DNA of 63,793 nt, filler included. It is 8 parts of 8 records of this genome, joined end to end, with 100 filler letters (N's around TTAATTAATTAA, not from the genome) between each part and the next. Parts side by side here need not be neighbours in the genome. Positions count along the whole stretch, not along the records: positions 45,505 to 55,218 come from SRR31156797_39467; positions 55,319 to 63,793 come from SRR31156797_39477; 6 more parts are not named here. One strand, written 5' to 3'. Made by a program: the position numbers and the translations under genes. This document shows, piece by piece, positions 49,308 through 62,146 of this stretch. How positions within the stretch are numbered: the first letter of the stretch is position 1; the number at the start of each line of letters is the position of its first letter. A model generated the notes under the pieces. The model searched no databases and was not told the DNA's origin. It saw only the letters and a list, made by a program, of their open reading frames with translations.

Positions 49308-49569
49308 TCATGGATAACCGCTACGCCACAGCCCTCTTCAGGCTCCGCCGTTCCGCCCAGACGCGCACGGCGTCGGACCCCATAAGTTCGGCAGTCTCGA
49401 GAAAGACAGCGAAGGGGGGGGCTCTCTGCCTTCCAGAGAACGGCAGTACTTTTCCACAGCCATATAGCCCATCCGACGGCACTCCCCCATCTGGAGCCGG
49501 CTATATTGGAGAGTCGGGTAGACATTGGGGAGAGCCGAAGCTCCGGCTCTCCCCTGAGGACCGCAGGCA

Positions 49570-51342
49570 TCAGCGCCAGCGGGTAAAGAACTCCTGAAGT
49601 GTGTAGAAGGCCAGCTTCCGCCGGCCCTTGTCCGCGGACAGTAGTCCCTTCAGGTTATAGCCCTGCTGCAGCATATTGCAGCGGACGGGCGTGCGGAAAT
49701 CGAAGAGTATCCAGGGTGAGATTCCGGCGACATAGTCGACATTCCCGATGCAGCGGACCTGCTCCTCATAGGTTCGCTGCTGGTACTCTTCGGTAAACTT
49801 ATCGCTCCGGCTGCCATGATGACCCGCCTTGGCGCCCGCTCCGAACTCGGTGATGATCACGGGCTTGCCGGGATCGCTGTTGGCAAAGAAGGCCTCGAGC
49901 TTTGAAAAATCCGGATCGTACCAGCCGAAGTACTCGTTTATACCGATGATATCCAGCTTGTCCGCCAGGCGGTCATGGATCCGGTTTTTCGCCTGATCCA
50001 CCAGACAGGCCGCTCCCACGGGGCGGGAGGGGTCCAGCTTCCGGGCGAGATCCGCCAGACCGCCCATGAAGGCCAGCCGCGCATCGCTGTCGGGGTTCTC
50101 ATTCCCCACGGACCAGATGATCACGCTGGGCCTGTTGTAATCCCTGAAGATCAGCTGGCTCAGCTGCTGCTCCCCGTTGGCTATGGTCTCGGGATTCTCA
50201 AAATGTATGGCCCAATAGACGGGGATCTCTTCCCAGAGGAGGATTCCCATCTCATCGGCGATCCGGGCGGCCAATTCGGTATGGGGGTAGTGGGCGATGC
50301 GGCAGAAATTACCATTCAGCTCCTTCACCAGGCTGAAGTTCTCACGGATCTCATCCTCTGTGACAGCTTTCCCATGGACCACGCTCTCCTCATGACAGGA
50401 CACGCCCCGCAGCTTCAGGGCCTTGCCGTTCAGACGGATCTCCGTACCGGCAACAGAGATTTCCCGGAACCCGGTCCTCTCCCGTATCTCATCCTCTCCC
50501 GCCCTGACGAAGACATCGTAGAGCCTGGGATTCTCGGGGCTCCAGAGCTCGGGAGAGGCCTGAAAAACCAGCTCCCCCCGTCCCTCTGACAGGGAAAGGG
50601 AGAGGGTCAGATCCATCTCGGGAATAGTGATCTCGGCGCTGTCGGGAAGGGAGTCGCCGTCCAGGGCGATCTCCGCGCGGATCTGCTTTCCGTCGCTGCC
50701 GGGAACCAGGGCAATGCGGAATTCCTTTATGAAGTTTTTCGGCAGCCGAAAGAGCTCTACCGAGCGGTAGAGCCCGCCGTAGTTATACCAGTCCGTAAAG
50801 ATGGTGGGGATCCTGTCAGGGGTACGGCTGTTATTCACCACCAGAATGATCCGGTTCTCCGCCTGCAGCTCTTCGGTGATCTCCAGGTAATAAGGGGTGT
50901 CGCCTCCCTCATGATACCCCAGATATTTGCCGTTCAGAAATACGATTGAGTTATGGTAGGCCGCCCCCACCTTCAGGATGATCCTGCGCTCTTCCTCATT
51001 CTCGAAGCGGAAGGTTCTGGTGTAGATCATAGACCCTTCATAGTAGAGGTACTCAGGACGCTCCGTATTCCATACCGAGGGAACTGCAATCGTATCCCAT
51101 CGGTCGAAATCCCAGTCCCAGGGCAGGGTAAAGCCCTTCTCATCCACCCGTCTGTCCTTGAACCATTCGGCCCGCAGGCAGGTATCGTAAATGTCGAGGT
51201 GGTGATTCCACAGACCGTCCAGCTTTTCGCTGGGCCGCATATGATCATAGACAGCGCTCTCCGCGCCGATCTTTCTTGTTTTGAACTTCCTTCTGTAATC
51301 CCTGTTATGCAGGGCTTCGTCAAAAATCAACTGTTCGCTCAT
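49570..51342 (-). CDS. GH2 beta-glucuronidase-like glycoside hydrolase
   Basis: DWYNYGGLYRSV, GVSCHEE, RIAHYPH, WSVGNE, NEYFGWY, ITEFG, N.KG motif. Confidence 0.9.
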   Translation of the reverse strand: MSEQLIFDEALHNRDYRRKFKTRKIGAESAVYDHMRPSEKLDGLWNHHLDIYDTCLRAEWFKDRRVDEKGFTLPWDWDFDRWDTIAVPSVWNTERPEYLYYEGSMIYTRTFRFENEEERRIILKVGAAYHNSIVFLNGKYLGYHEGGDTPYYLEITEELQAENRIILVVNNSRTPDRIPTIFTDWYNYGGLYRSVELFRLPKNFIKEFRIALVPGSDGKQIRAEIALDGDSLPDSAEITIPEMDLTLSLSLSEGRGELVFQASPELWSPENPRLYDVFVRAGEDEIRERTGFREISVAGTEIRLNGKALKLRGVSCHEESVVHGKAVTEDEIRENFSLVKELNGNFCRIAHYPHTELAARIADEMGILLWEEIPVYWAIHFENPETIANGEQQLSQLIFRDYNRPSVIIWSVGNENPDSDARLAFMGGLADLARKLDPSRPVGAACLVDQAKNRIHDRLADKLDIIGINEYFGWYDPDFSKLEAFFANSDPGKPVIITEFGAGAKAGHHGSRSDKFTEEYQQRTYEEQVRCIGNVDYVAGISPWILFDFRTPVRCNMLQQGYNLKGLLSADKGRRKLAFYTLQEFFTRWR

Positions 51343-51374
51343 AAAACTCTCCTTTTGCCGGACCGATACCGGCT

Positions 51375-53285
51375 TCACTCAGATTCCGCATTATTTAATT
51401 TCCTGTATTTCAGGTAGAACAGGGCTCTCCCCTCCCGGGGCAGCGACTCGAAGCGCAGCGTGCTTCGGTAGAGGAAGGGAACACCCCATGCCCCCAGTTT
51501 GAGATCGTTCTCGGCAATGGCCTGCTCCGTTGTCACCCACCCCAGAGGCTCCGACCCGCCTTCGGGGCTGTACAGGATATCCAGGGCCCACTTCCTCCCC
51601 GTCAGCCTGAGAACGCCTTCCCGGATGCGGGGCTTGATCAAGCTGACGAAATGCCAGGCGCATTCGGAGCCGCCGCCGCGGAAGCGGTAACGATCCTCCA
51701 GGACCATCCTGCCCATCCCGTCCTCCAGACTGAGTCTGCGCAGCCAGCTCTCCAGGCCCGCATCCCCGGGGTAGCCTCCCGCGATGTCCATCTCACCGCC
51801 CGTTTCCGAGCAGCCGAAGCCGCCGCAGGCGAATGAGGCGCCGGGGCTCTGCTCGCAGCCGCCGATCTCAGGCAGATTGTGCCATGTAGAGCGCATGGTC
51901 CAGATGCTGTAGCGCTTCTCATTAAAGGTCTCGCGGGTGTACTCCCCCACTCCCGGATCCACGAGCAGAGGCTCGTCCTCCGCATACAGGACAAAGGAGC
52001 CGATATCGTTGTGGTTGTGGCTCTCTGCGTTATGCCCCCCCTTGAAAGCGAGGGTCACACCGTGCCGCCCGCCCCTCAGGAGGGCGATCTGCAGATCGGG
52101 ATAGAGTACCCGGGAAGGGCGGGCTCCCCCGGCCCCTCCGGCGGAACCACCGTCCCCGTCCTCTCGATCCTGCAGGTCCCGATAAATCCGGAACGTGGAA
52201 AAGGCCTCTTCCCTCTCCTCCCGTTCCCCTCTGTCACAGGACTCCAGCGTCCCTGCCAGGGCTTCCAGCGCCCGGTTCTCCGTATCCCTGCCCATCCGGC
52301 GGATCAGACCGAAGGGCATGCCGGGCAGACGTCCGGGGCAATCCGCATAGTTGAAGAAATAGTCTCCGGCAATATGCATGCGCTCCAGAAAGGAAGCGGC
52401 CTTTCGGAACCAGGGATCCCGCTTCAGAGGGACGGCTCCGCCGCAGGCGCTTTCAAGGATATCCAGGCAGTCAAAGAGAGAGCCCGCCGCATGGACCCAG
52501 TAGGAGGGCCCTTCGTCACAGCCCCCGTCGGGACTCAATCCCTCCAGATAGTTATTCAGGACCAGGACGCTTCGTTCCACCCCCGCTTTCAGGTCTGTTC
52601 CGGAATCGGGCAGCAGAAAAAGGGTATGGAGAAAATTGGCCGTGATCCAGGGATTCCAGTTATTGGGCACCCCGAAGCCGTCCACCCTCCGGAAGCCCAT
52701 CCACCAATGGCCGTCACGCTCCATATAGGGAGCCAGACAGCGCTCGTGGCAGAGGGCCCTGACCCGGGGGACAAGGCGCGGGGCGACGGCGTCCAGATCA
52801 TCCCTCAGAAGATGGACGGACAGGGCCAGAAGGGAGGCCGTATTGGCGGCGAACAGATCCACGCTGTCGGGCCGCAGCGGCGGCAGGGGCTGATGCGGCC
52901 AGTTATGGGCGGGTACGACCCAGCTCATCTCGGAGCAGATTCCGCTGAGGGCATCCGCAATCCCGTCCAGCATCTCGGCGTCCCTCTCTCCGGCGCAGTA
53001 AGCCAGAACCATGCGCTGAAGCAGAACGCGCCTGTAAAAATAGGGATCCTCGAAGCGCTTCCTGTTTCCCGTTCTGTGAAAATCCATATAGAGGGTGGCC
53101 GGCAGCCCGGGCCGGGGACTCTTCAGGGCATCGCGCCCCAGGCTCCGGAACCGACGGGCGTCCTCCTCCTCAAGCCCCTGCCAGAAGGACGATTTCGCAC
53201 TGGGGATATAGGCATCCTGCCAGCGGTTTTCTGAGGCCGTGCCGAGCAGGGATTCGGGTAAGTCCTTAAACAGATCCTTCAGCAT
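51375..53285 (-). CDS. Heparinase II/III family protein
   Basis: SWVVPAH, NNWNPWI, DGGCDEGPSYW, KGGHNAESHNHNDIGSF, WHNLP. Confidence 0.87.
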   Translation of the reverse strand: MLKDLFKDLPESLLGTASENRWQDAYIPSAKSSFWQGLEEEDARRFRSLGRDALKSPRPGLPATLYMDFHRTGNRKRFEDPYFYRRVLLQRMVLAYCAGERDAEMLDGIADALSGICSEMSWVVPAHNWPHQPLPPLRPDSVDLFAANTASLLALSVHLLRDDLDAVAPRLVPRVRALCHERCLAPYMERDGHWWMGFRRVDGFGVPNNWNPWITANFLHTLFLLPDSGTDLKAGVERSVLVLNNYLEGLSPDGGCDEGPSYWVHAAGSLFDCLDILESACGGAVPLKRDPWFRKAASFLERMHIAGDYFFNYADCPGRLPGMPFGLIRRMGRDTENRALEALAGTLESCDRGEREEREEAFSTFRIYRDLQDREDGDGGSAGGAGGARPSRVLYPDLQIALLRGGRHGVTLAFKGGHNAESHNHNDIGSFVLYAEDEPLLVDPGVGEYTRETFNEKRYSIWTMRSTWHNLPEIGGCEQSPGASFACGGFGCSETGGEMDIAGGYPGDAGLESWLRRLSLEDGMGRMVLEDRYRFRGGGSECAWHFVSLIKPRIREGVLRLTGRKWALDILYSPEGGSEPLGWVTTEQAIAENDLKLGAWGVPFLYRSTLRFESLPREGRALFYLKYRKLNNAESE

Positions 53286-53288
53286 GGC

Positions 53289-54122
53289 CTACCCCTTAAT
53301 CCCGCTTGAGGCGATGCCCTGGATGAAGTAACGCTGCAGGGCGAGAAAGAGGATCATAACTGGCACGATGGAGATCAAAGCGGCTGCCATCTGAGGGCCG
53401 TAATAGATCATGTACTCCCCTACGAAATCGGTCATTCCCAGGGGCAGGGTCTTCAGCTCGGGACTGGCCAGATAGATCAGGGCCGAGAAAAACTCGTTCC
53501 AGAACCATCGGAAGGAGAAGATAAGCACCGTCGCCAGCACCGTCTTGGCCAGGGGCAGGGCCACCCGGAAGAAGATGGTCCACTCATGGGCCCCGTCTAT
53601 CCGGGCCGACTCCAGCAGAGACTCGGGCACGGTCATAAAGAATTGTTTGATCAGAAAGGTCCCGAACACCGTAAAGGATCCCACAAGGATCAGGGCCAGA
53701 TGGCTATCGTACAGCCCCAGGGTCTTCACAACCATAAACTGGGGGATGATGATGACCTGTATGGGGATCATCATGGACATCAGGTAGAGAATGAACAAAG
53801 CGTCCCTTCCCCTCCACTTCAGCTTGGAGAAGGCATAGGCGCTGGTGGAGGCGGTACCGAGCTGAATGACCGTACAGAAGAAGGTTACCTTGATGGAATT
53901 CCATATATACAGGGGGAATTTATCCAACTGCTTGAAGTTGAATAAACCAGAATCCTCAGTCATAAGGGCCAGGGGTGCTTCGAATATCTCCACCTCATTC
54001 TTGAAGGAAGCCGTCGCTATGATGTAAAGGGGAACCAGCACCACCGCCGTGCTGATCAGCAGGACCAGCCATGTCAGGATCTGTCTGGCCGTGTTTTTGA
54101 TGTTAATGTGTTCAGATATCAT
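53289..54122 (-). CDS. Carbohydrate ABC permease (MalG-like)
   Basis: NS, AYAFSK, PESLLESARIDGA, WNEF. Start MISEHI. Confidence 0.92.
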   Translation of the reverse strand: MISEHINIKNTARQILTWLVLLISTAVVLVPLYIIATASFKNEVEIFEAPLALMTEDSGLFNFKQLDKFPLYIWNSIKVTFFCTVIQLGTASTSAYAFSKLKWRGRDALFILYLMSMMIPIQVIIIPQFMVVKTLGLYDSHLALILVGSFTVFGTFLIKQFFMTVPESLLESARIDGAHEWTIFFRVALPLAKTVLATVLIFSFRWFWNEFFSALIYLASPELKTLPLGMTDFVGEYMIYYGPQMAAALISIVPVMILFLALQRYFIQGIASSGIKG

Positions 54123-55011
54123 AGGTGACCCACTTCTGCTGATGCCGGTACTGCAGGACCGTAATGACGAGGATGATACAGAGCAGGACCAGGGCCTCAG
54201 CCGAGGCATAGCCGAACTTGTAATTGACGAATGAATTGAGGTAGACGTCGAAGACCACCACATTGGTGGAACCGGCGGGACCGCCGCCGAGCTGTCCGCC
54301 CGTCATCATGAAGACCTGGTCGAAAACCTTGAATGAGCCGATGATCGACATGGTCAGGGCAAAGAACATGGTGGGGCTGAGCATGGGCAGGGTCACATGG
54401 AGGAAGGTCTGTACCCCTCCCGCCCCGTCAATGTTCGCGGCCTCGTAAAGGCTGGGGTTGATGGACTGAAGCCCCCCCAGGAAGATCACCATATAGTAGC
54501 CGAAGCTCATCCAGAGGGTGACCAGGACGATGGAGAACAGGGCGGTGTCGGGACTGGTCAGCCAGGCGCAGGGAGGCAGGCCGAGTTTTGTCAGAATCAG
54601 ATTGGCGAATCCGCTTGTGGGGTGGAAGATCAACGAAAAGGCCAGGGAGATTCCAACTGCCGAAAGGACATTGGGCATAAAAAAGAGGCTGCGGAAAAAC
54701 CTCTGTCCCGGAATGCGGCGATTCAGCAGGATCGCGAAGAACAGGCCTGCGGCGATCTGCAGGGAAACGGTCAGGACCACAAAGGTCAGCGTGATCTTCA
54801 GGGACTGCAGGAACACGGGATTCCGCGCAAGCTCGGCAAAGTTCCTCAGGCCCACGAACTTCCACCGGGGACCGCCGGAATAGTTGGTAAAGGCGACGCC
54901 GATGGTGGTCGCCATGGGAAGGAAAACGAACAGGAGGAAGCCGGTAAAACCGGGAAGGAGAAAGGACATGACGGTCCCCCACCCCGTCCTCTCCAGGGTT
55001 TTATTCTTCAT
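54112..55011 (-). CDS. Carbohydrate ABC permease (MalF-like)
   Basis: FVGL.NF, LYEAANIDGA, SFKVFD, GYASA. Confidence 0.92.
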   Translation of the reverse strand: MKNKTLERTGWGTVMSFLLPGFTGFLLFVFLPMATTIGVAFTNYSGGPRWKFVGLRNFAELARNPVFLQSLKITLTFVVLTVSLQIAAGLFFAILLNRRIPGQRFFRSLFFMPNVLSAVGISLAFSLIFHPTSGFANLILTKLGLPPCAWLTSPDTALFSIVLVTLWMSFGYYMVIFLGGLQSINPSLYEAANIDGAGGVQTFLHVTLPMLSPTMFFALTMSIIGSFKVFDQVFMMTGGQLGGGPAGSTNVVVFDVYLNSFVNYKFGYASAEALVLLCIILVITVLQYRHQQKWVTYDI

Positions 55012-55070
55012 TATTCTATACTCCAGAAAAGAGGCTCCGTCCGGTTCGACGGAGCCCGGTTATGAACTGT

Positions 55071-55217
55071 TTAGTCTGTGGTGTCGGCGATGATCTGCAG
55101 CTCTTTCTCAAGGGCGGACAGATAGTCGGCTTCGGAGACTTCACCCATCAGGAACATCTCGGTGAAGCGGCCGAGGGTCTGCTCGACCTTGCTGCCGTAC
55201 TTGTTGTAGAACATGGG
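55071..55217 (-). CDS. C-terminal fragment, probably the sugar-binding protein of the ABC operon
   Basis: Open frame PMFYNKYG...FLMGEVSEADYLSALEKELQIIADTTD*, followed by a hairpin at 55033-55056 before the permease. Confidence 0.6.
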   Translation of the reverse strand, partial: PMFYNKYGSKVEQTLGRFTEMFLMGEVSEADYLSALEKELQIIADTTD

Positions 55218-55318
55218 CNNNNNNNNNNNNNNNNNNNNNNNNNNNNNNNNNNNNNNNNNNNNTTAATTAATTAANNNNNNNNNNNNNNNNNNNNNNNNNN
55301 NNNNNNNNNNNNNNNNNN

Positions 55319-55696
55319 AGCTTCAATCAGGTTTTTATTTACGATAAAAAGATTTCCTTCGGCAAAACCAAAAATGGAAGCACCAAAGGGAGGATATGCA
55401 AAATAATAAAGTGCTAAAAGTAAAATACCTGAAACAGAAGAAATTCGAATGGCCAAACCAAGAAACAAGCCGAGGCCTATTAATATTAAACCAGCCATAT
55501 TTACCGGATCGATAATATTCATCAATCCTTCTGAATTACCCAACCATTGGTAAAATCCTGAAAAAGGACCTGTCGAATTTGAAAGGTAACCGGCAGCAGT
55601 CCAGTTTCCCATCCACAGTTTTGCTAATCCTTCGTATAAAAAATGCCAACCAATTGCCACCCGAAAAAGGGTAATGAGTAGTTTTTTCCAGTTCAT
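55319..55696 (-). CDS. DoxX family membrane protein (3'-truncated)
   Basis: RVAIGWHFLYEGLAK, IG..L.LG, VNKNLIE. Confidence 0.85.
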
Positions 55697-55960
55697 TTTA
55701 ATTACCTTTTAGTTTTTTAGCCAATGAGATTAACAAATTTATCATTTTCAGCATTTTATCAACATCACAAATTAAATTTCCATTTAACAACTCTGCTATT
55801 TAGATTTCTTATTAATAGTTCTAATTGAATCGATTTTAAAACAAGACAAAACCAAACGACCAATAATTATATTCTGCTGAACTATTCATTTTTAATTAAA
55901 TCAAGAACTTTATTTGCCAGAAAATCTATTTTTGTATCCATAAAAACCACAATCATTTTT

Positions 55961-56578
55961 ATGAATGAATTTTCAATTATTACGGTAAGTATTATTACCA
56001 TTTTGCTCACCATAAAATATATAATCCAGCTTGTAAAAAAACAAATAAAGCCGGCTCTTGCCATGTGGGTAATGTTTTCTATTGCCGTAGGAATGAGCAT
56101 GGTAACTTATCTTTCTGAAAGTAACTATGGTTTTTTAGACAATATCCAAAACACGGTCGACCTTTTTTATGTTTTTTCTGTTTCGGTTGCAATAGTAATT
56201 TTTGGCGACAAAAGTTCCAAAATTTCACGTTTTGATGTTGGTTGCCTCATTGCAGTATTACTCATTGTTATTTTCTGGATATTTACTCAAAATCACCTGG
56301 TTACCAACTTCTTAATTCAAAGCATACTGGTAATTGCCTATTTCCCGGTTATTCAGCGAATGTTGAAAACAAAAGAAAATACCGAATCTTTTATTATCTG
56401 GATTGGAATGCTTTTAGCCCCAATTGTATCACTAATATCGAGCAAAGGACTGCTGGCAACTGTTTATTCGGTGCGTGCCATTTTTTGTGTTGGTCTGTTG
56501 TTACTTTTTATGTTATGGATTAAATTCTATGGGGAAAAAGTAAAACCAATAAAATCCAAAACTGCAAAAACGGTTTAA
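55961..56578 (+). CDS. Hypothetical polytopic membrane protein
   Basis: About seven hydrophobic segments; Bacteroidota -7 motif TATTTTTG at about 55927. Confidence 0.75.
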   Translation: MNEFSIITVSIITILLTIKYIIQLVKKQIKPALAMWVMFSIAVGMSMVTYLSESNYGFLDNIQNTVDLFYVFSVSVAIVIFGDKSSKISRFDVGCLIAVLLIVIFWIFTQNHLVTNFLIQSILVIAYFPVIQRMLKTKENTESFIIWIGMLLAPIVSLISSKGLLATVYSVRAIFCVGLLLLFMLWIKFYGEKVKPIKSKTAKTV

Positions 56579-56677
56579 TAACGTTTAAAATTTAATACCG
56601 AAATTAGAGCAATTCATTTGAATCAAATTGCGGTATAAAAACTGTAATTATTACTTTTGCCATTTAAATTAGAAAAA

Positions 56678-57976
56678 ATGAATACTGAATTCACAAAAAC
56701 CAAATACACATTACAATCTGTAAAAACAGGAAAAATATACAACGACACCGGCTGGATGCTAGATGCACCGGAGGAAATTGAACCTACATTAATACGTGCT
56801 ATTTACGAAAAGAAACAAATTAATTTAAAAAATGATTCATGGGGATTATATAAATTCGCCGACTGGCTGCCAATCAGTCGAACTTTAATTAATTCTTCGT
56901 CGCCGGTAACATATAAAAGCGAGGCTTTGGCCAGCGAACTTGGACTAAAAAATCTTTGGATAACATTCAGCGGGTATTGGCCCGAAAAAGGGGCCACCAT
57001 AAAAACAGGCTCCTTTAAAGAAACCGAAGCATATTCGGTATGTGGAAGAATGACCCCTGAAATGGACAAAGTTTTGGTCGTTGCTTCAGCAGGAAATACT
57101 TCAAGAGCATTTGCAAAAGTTTGTTCAGAAAATAATATTCCGCTTTTAATCTGTGTCCCCGAAGATAATATTGGTGCACTTTGGTTCGACGAGCCCATTA
57201 ATGATTGTGTTAAACTAATTTGCAGTAAATCGGGAAGCGATTATTTTGATGCCATTCATTTATCGAATATTGCAGCCGGAATGGAAAATTTTATTGCTGA
57301 AGGAGGTGCAAAAAACGTTGCTCGCCGCGATGGAATGGCAACCACTGTTCTATCGGCAGTAACTACCATCGGAGAAATTCCTGAATACTATTTCCAGGCA
57401 GTTGGCAGCGGAACGGGAGCAATTGCAGCCTGGGAAGCCAACCTGCGTTTACTGGAAGATGGTCGTTTTGGGCAAAACAAAATGAAATTAATGGTTTCAC
57501 AAAATGCTCCGTTTATTCCACTGTACGATGCATGGAAAGCCGACTCCAGAGCCATGCTTCCACTCGACGATAATCTGGCCCGAAAACAAGTTGAAGAAAT
57601 TGATGCTAAAGTATTGTCAAACAGAAAACCGCCCTACCCGATTTTTGGAGGACTTTACGATGCACTAAAAGATACCGGTGGCGATGTTTTAATCGCTACG
57701 AATTCTGAAGCCAAATATGCTTCAAAACTATTTCTTGAAAAAGAAGGAATCGACATTCACCCGGCAGCAGCAGTAGCAACAGCAACTTTAATTTCAGCAG
57801 TAAAAAACGGAGAACTAAAAAAAGATGCTTTAACAATGCTGAATATTACCGGAGGAGGTGAAGAAAAATTCAAACAAGAAAACAAAATATACAACCTTAA
57901 ACCGGAAATTGTTTTTAATATTGACCCGGAACCGGAAGAAGTAAAGAAAAGAGTAAACAAACTTTTCGGCTTTTAG
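56678..57976 (+). CDS. Cysteate synthase (PLP, threonine-synthase-like)
   Basis: SGYWPEKGA, TGSFKETEA, VASAGNT, EGGAKNVARRDG, QAVGSGTGAIA, LSNRKPPY; promoter TACTTTTG at 56652. Confidence 0.88.
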   Translation: MNTEFTKTKYTLQSVKTGKIYNDTGWMLDAPEEIEPTLIRAIYEKKQINLKNDSWGLYKFADWLPISRTLINSSSPVTYKSEALASELGLKNLWITFSGYWPEKGATIKTGSFKETEAYSVCGRMTPEMDKVLVVASAGNTSRAFAKVCSENNIPLLICVPEDNIGALWFDEPINDCVKLICSKSGSDYFDAIHLSNIAAGMENFIAEGGAKNVARRDGMATTVLSAVTTIGEIPEYYFQAVGSGTGAIAAWEANLRLLEDGRFGQNKMKLMVSQNAPFIPLYDAWKADSRAMLPLDDNLARKQVEEIDAKVLSNRKPPYPIFGGLYDALKDTGGDVLIATNSEAKYASKLFLEKEGIDIHPAAAVATATLISAVKNGELKKDALTMLNITGGGEEKFKQENKIYNLKPEIVFNIDPEPEEVKKRVNKLFGF

Positions 57977-58063
57977 AATTTAAAATCTATACTTATATTT
58001 TCTTTTTCCACATACATTCCCATGTAATAATTTTTAAGTAAAAATAATTTCAACACATACTAA

Positions 58064-61312
<3,249 letters not shown>

Positions 61313-61330
61313 GAAAACAGTTTAATTCCA

Positions 61331-61375
61331 CCAACAGAGTTACAAAGGCTATTCTTTGTAACTCTGTTGGTTTTT
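61331..61375 (+). terminator. Intrinsic terminator
   Basis: 17-bp perfect stem CCAACAGAGTTACAAAG / CTTTGTAACTCTGTTGG followed by T5. Confidence 0.85.
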
Positions 61376-61436
61376 GCCCAATATTAGATTTTATTTTTGG
61401 TTTATTGAATGTAACTTTGCCATCAAATTCAAAAGA

Positions 61437-62126
61437 ATGGAATTTCAAAAATTTATTTACATTATTCTACTGGCTCTTTTTATTATAGTTCCGGCTGCTT
61501 TAAGCATAGTAAAACAGGATGGGTATTTACTTAAACTTAAATACCTTTTCCCGGCCATTCTTTTCACCGGTGCCATTTTTAGTATCTGGGACATGCGCTT
61601 TACAGAGCTGGGAATATGGAGTTATAATAACCAATTTATTTGGGGCCTTAAACTCAAAAACCTCCCACTTGAAACATGGCTTTTCTTTTTTGCCATACCT
61701 TTTTTTAGTGTATACATTTACGAGTTCCTGAAAAATAAAAATATTCAAATAAACAGACCCAATATTTTTATAGCTACCAGTTTAGTATTGTTATTAATTT
61801 TTGCTCTGGCAACTTACTTTTTCAGAAGAAACCTTTATCCGTTTTTTACATTTTTCCTACTTACCATTTACTTCGGCTACACCATTTTCAGAAATAATTT
61901 CAAAAAGAATTATCCGAAATTTTATTTCTCATTTTTAATTACTCTTATTCCGTTTTTGGTTCTGCGGGGAATTATAACTTCCTTACCGGCAATAAGTTTC
62001 AACACCGATCATATTCTTAATATTCATATTTTTACAATTCCCCTTGAAGATTTAGGATATTTTTTCCTTATGCATTTAATGAATATTACCATTTTTGAAT
62101 ATTTAAAAGAGAGACAATTTTATTAG
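61437..62126 (+). CDS. Lycopene cyclase domain protein (tandem membrane CrtYc/d-type)
   Basis: WD..FT..GIWSYN, LPLE.WLFF, IPLED; promoter TAACTTTG at 61412. Confidence 0.82.
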   Translation: MEFQKFIYIILLALFIIVPAALSIVKQDGYLLKLKYLFPAILFTGAIFSIWDMRFTELGIWSYNNQFIWGLKLKNLPLETWLFFFAIPFFSVYIYEFLKNKNIQINRPNIFIATSLVLLLIFALATYFFRRNLYPFFTFFLLTIYFGYTIFRNNFKKNYPKFYFSFLITLIPFLVLRGIITSLPAISFNTDHILNIHIFTIPLEDLGYFFLMHLMNITIFEYLKERQFY

Positions 62127-62146
62127 TCTTTTATTAATTTTTAAAC

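Noticed and set aside
5171-55318. Recurring TTAATTAATTAA motif as a biological repeat, or cross-contig gene clusters
   Set aside because: It always sits inside N-padding of fixed length, so it is a concatenation linker. Neighbours across it come from different organisms.
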